Both the position numbers and the translations under genes were made by a program. From an uncultured Gemmatimonadales bacterium (GTDB taxonomy: Bacteria; Gemmatimonadota; Gemmatimonadetes; Longimicrobiales; RSA9): a stretch of DNA of 64,000 bases. The stretch covers positions 2,240,001-2,304,000 of the forward strand of contig OY970192.1 in the NCBI GenBank assembly GCA_963708135.1, given 5' to 3'. Positions 58,092 through 64,000 of the stretch are shown piece after piece (position 1 is the stretch's first letter; every line of letters begins with the position of its first letter). The notes beneath the pieces are model-generated. The model ran no database searches. It had not been told where the DNA came from and saw only the letters and a program-made list of their open reading frames with translations.

Positions 58092-59932
58092 TACGCGTCC
58101 GTTGTTGAGGGTCCTGACCGGTCCGGGCGAGCCGCGCTCCGGTGCCGCCGGTAGCGTGGGCTCACCTTGAAACCGAGGCGCGCGCCTTCGCGCTTCTTCA
58201 TGAGCTCCTGCTTGCGCCGCATCAGCTCCGCCTTCTCCGGCTCCGGGGCCAGCTCGAGCTGCCGCGAGATCTCGTCGATCTCAAGCAGCAGCCCGTCCGT
58301 GCGGATGTCCGCCACGGCGTCGGCAAAGGTCCGGTCGCCGTCCGTGATCTGCTGCGGCTCCTTCCGCAGCTCCGCGACCCTCGCGAGCGCGGGCGGCGTC
58401 AGGCCCAGTCCGGCCCCGTCCTCCTGCGGTGGCCCGTACTCGACCAGCGCCTCGAAGATCTGCCGGTGCACCGGGTCGCGCAGCTCGTCCGGCCGGATCG
58501 CCTCCGCCGCCTGCGGGATGCGCGCCTCGTCGGCGAGCATCAGCACGAGCAGCAGCCGCTCCGCGGCCCATTCCTCCTCGCGCACCACCCGGCGCGGCGC
58601 CACATCCGGCCGGCGCGCGGCGAGGCGCGCGCCGCCGAAGGGGGCGCCGGGCCCGAGCTCGCGCTCGATCGTCTCCGGCCGCACCCCCGTCCGCTCGGCG
58701 ACGCGCGTCACGTAGATGTCGCGCAGCGCCGGGTCCGTGACTGCGCGCAGCGTGGGCAGCAGCCGGTCCAGCCCGCGCCGCAGCCCCTCGACATCCTCGA
58801 GGTAGTGACGTTCATCCAGAATCTGAAGCTTCCGCTCCAGCACGTCCACCGCTGCCTCGACGTGCGGCCGCAGCGCGGCGGCGCCACCCTTGCGCACGAC
58901 CGAATCCGGATCTTCGCCCACCGGCAGTGTCACGACAAGGGGGTGCACCCCGGCGCGCAGCAGGGCATCCCCCGACCGGAACGTGGCGCGCAGCCCTGCC
59001 GCGTCGCTATCGTAGAGCAGATAGGCGGTGCGCGTGTAGCGCGCGACCAGTGCCGCCTGCTCCGCGGTCATGGCCGTGCCCAGGCCGGCCACCACGTTCT
59101 CGATCCCGCGCGCGGCCAGCGAAACGTAGTCCATGTACCCCTCGACCACCAGCGCGGACTCCTCCCGCCGGATCGCGCCCTTCGCCCAGTGGATACCATA
59201 CAGCAGGTCGCCCTTGTGGTAGATCGGCGTCTCGGGCGAGTTCAGGTATTTCGGCGTGTTCTCAGCGGCCTTCCCGAGCGCCCGGCCGCCGAACGCGACG
59301 ATCCGCCCGGTTATGTCCGGGATGGGGAAGATCAGCCGGTCGCGAAGCCGGTCGTACGGCTCCTCCATCCGCTCGCTCGTCTTGACCAGCCCGGCCTCGA
59401 GCAGCACCTCGTCCGCCATCCCGTGCGTCGCCGCCGCCTCGCGCAGCGCGCGCCAGGCGTCGGGCGCGAAGCCCAGCTGGAAACGCTCCGCCGCCGCCTC
59501 CTCGATCCCGCGCGCCTCCAGGTACGCCCGTGCCCGCGCCCCCGCGAGGTCGTCCCGCAGCATGCGCCGGAAGAAGTCGGCGGCGAAGGCGACGGCCTCG
59601 CGCACCGCGCGATGCGAGTCCTCCTCCCGCCGCGACTCCGAGGGCTCCGGGATCTCCACCCCGACCCGTCGCGCCACGGCGCGCACCGCGTCCTGGAACT
59701 CCAGCCCCTGCCGCTTCATGAGGAAGCTGAACACGTCGCCCGACTCGCCGCAGCCGAAGCACTTGTAGAACCCCTTGCCCGGCACCACGTAGAAGGAGGG
59801 CGTCTTCTCCTGGTGGAAGGGGCACAGCGCGCGGTACTCCTTCCCCGCCTTCTTCAGCGGCAGCTGCTCGCCGATCAGCTCGACGATGTCCGCCCGCGAC
59901 CGGACCTCCTCGACCAGCGAGTCCGGGATCAT
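58091..59932 (-). CDS. dnaG: DNA primase
   Basis: CPFH.EKTPSF, CFGC, R.IFPI, FGGR, KYLNSPET, EGYMD, YDSDAAG, DPD. Confidence 0.97.
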   Translation of the reverse strand: MIPDSLVEEVRSRADIVELIGEQLPLKKAGKEYRALCPFHQEKTPSFYVVPGKGFYKCFGCGESGDVFSFLMKRQGLEFQDAVRAVARRVGVEIPEPSESRREEDSHRAVREAVAFAADFFRRMLRDDLAGARARAYLEARGIEEAAAERFQLGFAPDAWRALREAAATHGMADEVLLEAGLVKTSERMEEPYDRLRDRLIFPIPDITGRIVAFGGRALGKAAENTPKYLNSPETPIYHKGDLLYGIHWAKGAIRREESALVVEGYMDYVSLAARGIENVVAGLGTAMTAEQAALVARYTRTAYLLYDSDAAGLRATFRSGDALLRAGVHPLVVTLPVGEDPDSVVRKGGAAALRPHVEAAVDVLERKLQILDERHYLEDVEGLRRGLDRLLPTLRAVTDPALRDIYVTRVAERTGVRPETIERELGPGAPFGGARLAARRPDVAPRRVVREEEWAAERLLLVLMLADEARIPQAAEAIRPDELRDPVHRQIFEALVEYGPPQEDGAGLGLTPPALARVAELRKEPQQITDGDRTFADAVADIRTDGLLLEIDEISRQLELAPEPEKAELMRRKQELMKKREGARLGFKVSPRYRRHRSAARPDRSGPSTTDA

Positions 59933-62367
59933 GACAGCTCCGCCACGGTGACGCCCGTCCCGCCCTCGCCCCGCCCGCCCGCACGGTAGGCCTTCACCCG
60001 CCGATCCTCCCGCAGCAGCTCGCCCACGACCTCACGGAGCGCCCCGGTGCCCTTGCCGTGGATGATCCGCAACGACGCCAGGTCCGCCCGGATCGCCGCA
60101 TCCAGCGCGGGGTAGAGCGCCCCCGCCACCTCCTCTGCCCGCAGCCCGCGCAGGTCCACCTCCGGGCTCGCGTCCACCTCGGGAGCGCTCCACCCGGCAG
60201 CCACCGGGCGCCGCTCCCGGGGCTCCTCCTCCGCCGCGAGCGGCTCCAGTCCCGACGCCGCCACCTGGAGCCGCACACCACCCGTCTCCACGGTGGCCCG
60301 TCCGTCGCGCAGCTCGATCAGCACGCCCCTGGCGCCGGTGGCGGCCACCCGCACGCGGCTGCCCTCCTCGAGGCCGCCGCCCCGGCCCTTCCGCCCCCGC
60401 ACGAGCGACACCTCGGGCGTTCGCTCCGCCTGGCGCCGCGCCGCCTCCTCGACCCGCCGGCGCGCGCCGCGCGCCGCCTCGTCCAGCAGATCGCCCGCGG
60501 CGGTCCCGGCGTCCGCTTCCGCGGCAGCGGCGGCCAGGCGAGCGCGCTCGTCCCGGATCACGGCCTCGGCCGCTTCGCGGACGTCCCGGATCGCCGCCTC
60601 GACCTCCTCGCGCGCGGACAGCAGGACGTCGCGCGCCTGCTGCCTCGCGCGGCGCTCGGCCTCGCGCTCCCGCTGGCGGACGGCGTGCTCGCGCTCCTCG
60701 ACCTCGCGCCGGAGCGCCAGCGCCTGCGCCCTCTCGCGCTCCGCCTCGGCGAGCGCCTCCGCCATCCCGCGCTCCTTCTCCTCGAGCTCCTGGAGCAGCT
60801 GGGCCGCGCTCCGCTCCTCGCCCGGCAGGAAGGCCTCGGCGCGCCCGAGCACCGCGTCCGGGAACCCGAGCCGGCGCGCGATGGCGAGGCCGTAGCTGCG
60901 GCCCGGCAGCCCCTTGAGCAGGCGGTAGGTGGGGCGCAGCTCGCGCGAGTCGAACTGGAGCGAGGCGTTCACCACGCCCGGCTCCTCGCCCGCCAGCAGC
61001 TTGAGCTGCCCGAGGTGCGTGGTGGCGATGGTCATGGCACTGCGGCGGGTGAGCTCGACCAGGATGGCCTGCGCCAGCGCGCCGCCTTCGGCGGGGTCCG
61101 TGCCGCTCCCCATCTCGTCCACCAGCACGAGGGAGGCGTGGTCGGCCTCGCAGAGCAGCTCGGCGAGGTTGCGCAGGTGCGCGGAGAAGGTGGACAGGCT
61201 CGCCTCGATCGACTGCTCGTCGCCGATGTCGGCGAACACGTTGCGGAAGAGGGGCAGCCGCGCGTCCGGCCCGACCGGCGGCACGACGCCGGCCTGCGCC
61301 ATCAGGCTGATGAGGCCGATCGCCTTGAGCAGCACGGTCTTGCCACCGGTGTTGGGACCGGACACGAGGAGCGTGCGCTCCCCCGGCTCGAGTACCAGGT
61401 CGAACGGCACGGTGTCGGGCTCCGCCGCGAGCAGCAGCGGGTGCCTCGCCCCGAACACGCGATACTCCTCCGCGTCGCCCGCCAGCAACGTCGGCCGGCG
61501 GCCGTTGAAGTGCAGCGCGTAGCGTGCCCGGGCGAACAGGGAGTCAAGCTCGATGAGCGCGGCCAGCGCGTCGGCCAGCGGCTCGCGGTGCGGGCGCAGC
61601 CCACCCGTCAGCTCGCGCAGGATCCGCTGCACCTCCCGCTGCTCCGCGATCTCGAGGCCGCGCAGCCGGTTCATCAGCTCGATCGCGAGTGGCGGCTCCA
61701 CGAAAAGCGTCCCGCCGGTGGCGGATTCGTCGTGGACGATGCCGCCCACATCGGAGCGGCCCTCCCGCCGAATGGGGATAACGTAGCGCCCCTCGCGCAC
61801 GGTGACTGACGCATCGGCCACGCGGACGCGGTCGGGCAGCGAGATGGCGAAGCGCTCGAGCTGCTCCACGATGCGGGAGCGGGCGCCCCGGATCTCGGAG
61901 CGCAGCCGCTTCAACTCGCGCGACGCCCCATCCCGCACCTCGCCCGCGGAGTCGATGGCCCGGCGAAGCTCCGCCTCCTCGGCCTCCATCCGGACGAGCC
62001 GCTCGCCGCGGCGGGCGAGCAGGGGATGGTCGTCCGCGTGCTGGAGCAGCGTGCGGCGGGTCTCGCGGGAGGAGCGGATGAGCTCCGCGCAGTCGCGCAG
62101 CCAGGGGCCCTCCCACACCGAGCCCTCGAGTGCCAGCCGGCGGAGCGGCCCGCGCAGGTCCGGCAGCGCCGGGATGACGAAGTCGTCAACGCGAAGCAGC
62201 AGCCCCACCATCTGGTCCACGCCGCGCAGCTCCTCGTCCACCCACGCCAGCGCGTCGCTCGGCTCCAGCGCGCGCACCGCCTCCGCGCCCAGCGGGCTGG
62301 ACGCGTAACCGGCTACGAGGTCGAGCGCCTCGGGAAGCTGTAGGACCTGGAGTGCGTGACGATTCAT
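59929..62367 (-). CDS. mutS2: MutS2 (Smr-domain ATPase/endonuclease)
   Basis: GIVHD.S..G.TLFVEP, SGPNTGGKT, DIGDEQSI..SLSTFS.H, DE.GSGTDP.EG, TTH; C-terminal Smr IIHGKGTG.LR. Confidence 0.96.
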   Translation of the reverse strand: MNRHALQVLQLPEALDLVAGYASSPLGAEAVRALEPSDALAWVDEELRGVDQMVGLLLRVDDFVIPALPDLRGPLRRLALEGSVWEGPWLRDCAELIRSSRETRRTLLQHADDHPLLARRGERLVRMEAEEAELRRAIDSAGEVRDGASRELKRLRSEIRGARSRIVEQLERFAISLPDRVRVADASVTVREGRYVIPIRREGRSDVGGIVHDESATGGTLFVEPPLAIELMNRLRGLEIAEQREVQRILRELTGGLRPHREPLADALAALIELDSLFARARYALHFNGRRPTLLAGDAEEYRVFGARHPLLLAAEPDTVPFDLVLEPGERTLLVSGPNTGGKTVLLKAIGLISLMAQAGVVPPVGPDARLPLFRNVFADIGDEQSIEASLSTFSAHLRNLAELLCEADHASLVLVDEMGSGTDPAEGGALAQAILVELTRRSAMTIATTHLGQLKLLAGEEPGVVNASLQFDSRELRPTYRLLKGLPGRSYGLAIARRLGFPDAVLGRAEAFLPGEERSAAQLLQELEEKERGMAEALAEAERERAQALALRREVEEREHAVRQREREAERRARQQARDVLLSAREEVEAAIRDVREAAEAVIRDERARLAAAAAEADAGTAAGDLLDEAARGARRRVEEAARRQAERTPEVSLVRGRKGRGGGLEEGSRVRVAATGARGVLIELRDGRATVETGGVRLQVAASGLEPLAAEEEPRERRPVAAGWSAPEVDASPEVDLRGLRAEEVAGALYPALDAAIRADLASLRIIHGKGTGALREVVGELLREDRRVKAYRAGGRGEGGTGVTVAELS

Positions 62368-62489
62368 GCGGAGCCTCGGGTCATGCTACACCGCGCCCCC
62401 ACCCTGGAGCCCCGGCGCGGACGGCGGCCGCCGCCGCGCGGCGCCCCGGAAGAATAGCCGCCCCCGGCCCCCTCGGCACCCCCTCCGCC

Positions 62490-62518
62490 TTGACACCTCC
62501 GCGCTCGCCGGATAGCCT
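62490..62518 (+). promoter_or_regulatory. sigma70 promoter of ggt
   Basis: TTGACA-N17-TAGCCT. Confidence 0.65.
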
Positions 62519-62581
62519 CCCGCAGAGGCCGCCGCAGCCGCGCCGGCCGCAACGCCTCACCACCCCGACCGGACCTCTGCC

Positions 62582-64000
62582 ATGCCCGCGATCGTCCCGC
62601 GCCGCCGCGGTCCCGCGCCCGCCACCGGTGACGTCCCGAGCCGCGCCGCCCTCGCGCTCGCCGCCGGCCTGCTCCTCGCCGGCTGTGCCCCGCGCGGCCC
62701 GGCGGCGACGCCGGCGCCGGACACGGGGAAGCGCGCCGTCGCCTCCCACGGCATGATCGCCTCCGCCCACCCGCTGGCCAGCGAGGCCGGGCTCCGGATG
62801 CTCCGCCAGGGCGGCAACGCCGTCGATGCCGCAGTGGCCACCGCCTTCGCAATCGGCGTGGTCGAGCCGATGATGAGCGGCCTCGGCGCCGGCGGCGGCA
62901 TCCTCATCTGGCCGGCCGCGACGCGCCACCCCGTCTACGTCAACTTCTACTCCACCGCGCCTTCCGCTCCCGTGCGCCCGGTGCGCGGCGAGGCGGGGCC
63001 CGCCGACGCGAAGGGCGCCGCGATCCCCGGTGGCGTGGCGGGCCTGCTGCTCGCGCAGCAGAAGTATGGACGGCTGCCCCGCGCCGCCGTGCTCGAGCCC
63101 GCCATCCGCCTGGCCCGCGACGGCTTCCCGGTCCATTCGCTCCTCGCCCGTGTCGTGGCGGAGGACAGCGCCAAGCTCTCCGCCTACGAGGGCGCGCGAC
63201 GGATCTTCCTCCCCGACGGGCACCCGATCCACGCCGGGCAGACGCTCGTGCAGCCGGAGCTCGCCGCCACCCTCGAGCGCATCGCGGCCGGCGGCGCGGA
63301 CGCCTTCTACCGCGGGCCCGTCGCCGCCGACATCGTGCACGTGCTGAACGACGGCGGAAATCCCACGACCGTCGCCGACTTCGCCGCCTTCCACGCCCGG
63401 CCGAGGCGCCCGCTCTGCGGAACGTACGAGGGCCGCGTCGTCCTCTCTGCCCCGCCGCCGCAGTCGGGGATGCAGGTGATCGAGATGCTCCACCTGCTCG
63501 AGGCGCAGCACCTCCCCGCGCTGGGCCTGCCCACCCGCTCGCCCGAGGCGTTCCGCCGCCTCGTCGGCGCCATGCGCGTCGGAATCGTCAACCGCAACGC
63601 CTTCGTCGGCGACCCCGACCACGCGGCCGTCCCCGCCGCCGGCATCGCGTCCGGCCGCTTCGCCGCCTCGCGAGCCGCCGCCCTCCGCTCGGCCGACGAC
63701 GGCGCCCTCCCCGCCCTTTCGCCCGGCGACCCCTGGGCCGAGGACTCCGTCGCGGCCACCGGCGCCTGCGCCGCGCTCCAGCCGTTCGGACCCGCCCGCG
63801 CCGCGCCCCGTGCCACGCCCACCACCGGCAACCCCGGAGATGATGGGCTCGGCGAGACCACCCACATGTCCGTCGTCGATGCCGACGGCGACGCCGTCGC
63901 TCTCACCTACACCAACGGCCTCTACTTCGGTAGCGGCGTCTGGGTCGATGGCTTCTTCCTGAACAGCGGGATGTGGAACTTCTCCCGCAGCGACTCCAGC
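62582..64000 (+). CDS. ggt: Gamma-glutamyltransferase family lipoprotein (3' end runs off the window)
   Basis: Manual translation: lipobox LLAGC, GMIASAHPLASEAG..ML.QGGNAVDAAVA, EPMMSGLG.GG, and autoprocessing site ETTHMSVVD. Confidence 0.92.
   Translation, partial: MPAIVPRRRGPAPATGDVPSRAALALAAGLLLAGCAPRGPAATPAPDTGKRAVASHGMIASAHPLASEAGLRMLRQGGNAVDAAVATAFAIGVVEPMMSGLGAGGGILIWPAATRHPVYVNFYSTAPSAPVRPVRGEAGPADAKGAAIPGGVAGLLLAQQKYGRLPRAAVLEPAIRLARDGFPVHSLLARVVAEDSAKLSAYEGARRIFLPDGHPIHAGQTLVQPELAATLERIAAGGADAFYRGPVAADIVHVLNDGGNPTTVADFAAFHARPRRPLCGTYEGRVVLSAPPPQSGMQVIEMLHLLEAQHLPALGLPTRSPEAFRRLVGAMRVGIVNRNAFVGDPDHAAVPAAGIASGRFAASRAAALRSADDGALPALSPGDPWAEDSVAATGACAALQPFGPARAAPRATPTTGNPGDDGLGETTHMSVVDADGDAVALTYTNGLYFGSGVWVDGFFLNSGMWNFSRSDSS

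Overview
High-GC bacterial chromosome window. Gene content and order resemble Gemmatimonadota; this is an inference from a Minf_1886-family gene, an rsbVWU module inside a pta-coaD-rsmD-recJ run and intergenic short tandem repeats. About 56 protein genes and one tRNA-Met(CAT) are supported. No CRISPR array, integrase or transposase was seen. Left part (1-26.8 kb) is accessory-like: a LytS-type kinase, a small CxxC/RAPP leader ORF in front of a CzcCBA-type metal efflux pump, nadCAB, a NiCoT permease, GntR-AmgK/RapZ-MurU, an MFS exporter, an IorAB-like molybdoenzyme, an M1 peptidase, and a stress trio (Hsp20, three-repeat membrane protein, encapsulated-ferritin-like protein without a capsid). 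Right part (27-62.4 kb) is almost all minus-strand housekeeping genes (eno, ftsB, thiL, nnr, glyA, Leu/acyl-CoA catabolism, rex-arcA, rsmA, rsbVWU, pta, coaD, rsmD, recJ, dnaG, mutS2), followed by a divergent, truncated ggt. Best candidates for unusual biology: (1) a signal-peptide/His-CxxC/RAPP ribosome-arrest leader that probably controls a divalent-metal RND pump; (2) sigma54-type -24/-12 motifs recurring before five stress-type transcription units, one followed by a possible sRNA or attenuator; (3) a perfect Rex operator over a rex-arcA-exonuclease-MBL-cupredoxin operon; (4) a histidine pseudokinase; (5) an orphan EncFtn variant. All protein family calls are by motif recognition only; no database searches were run.
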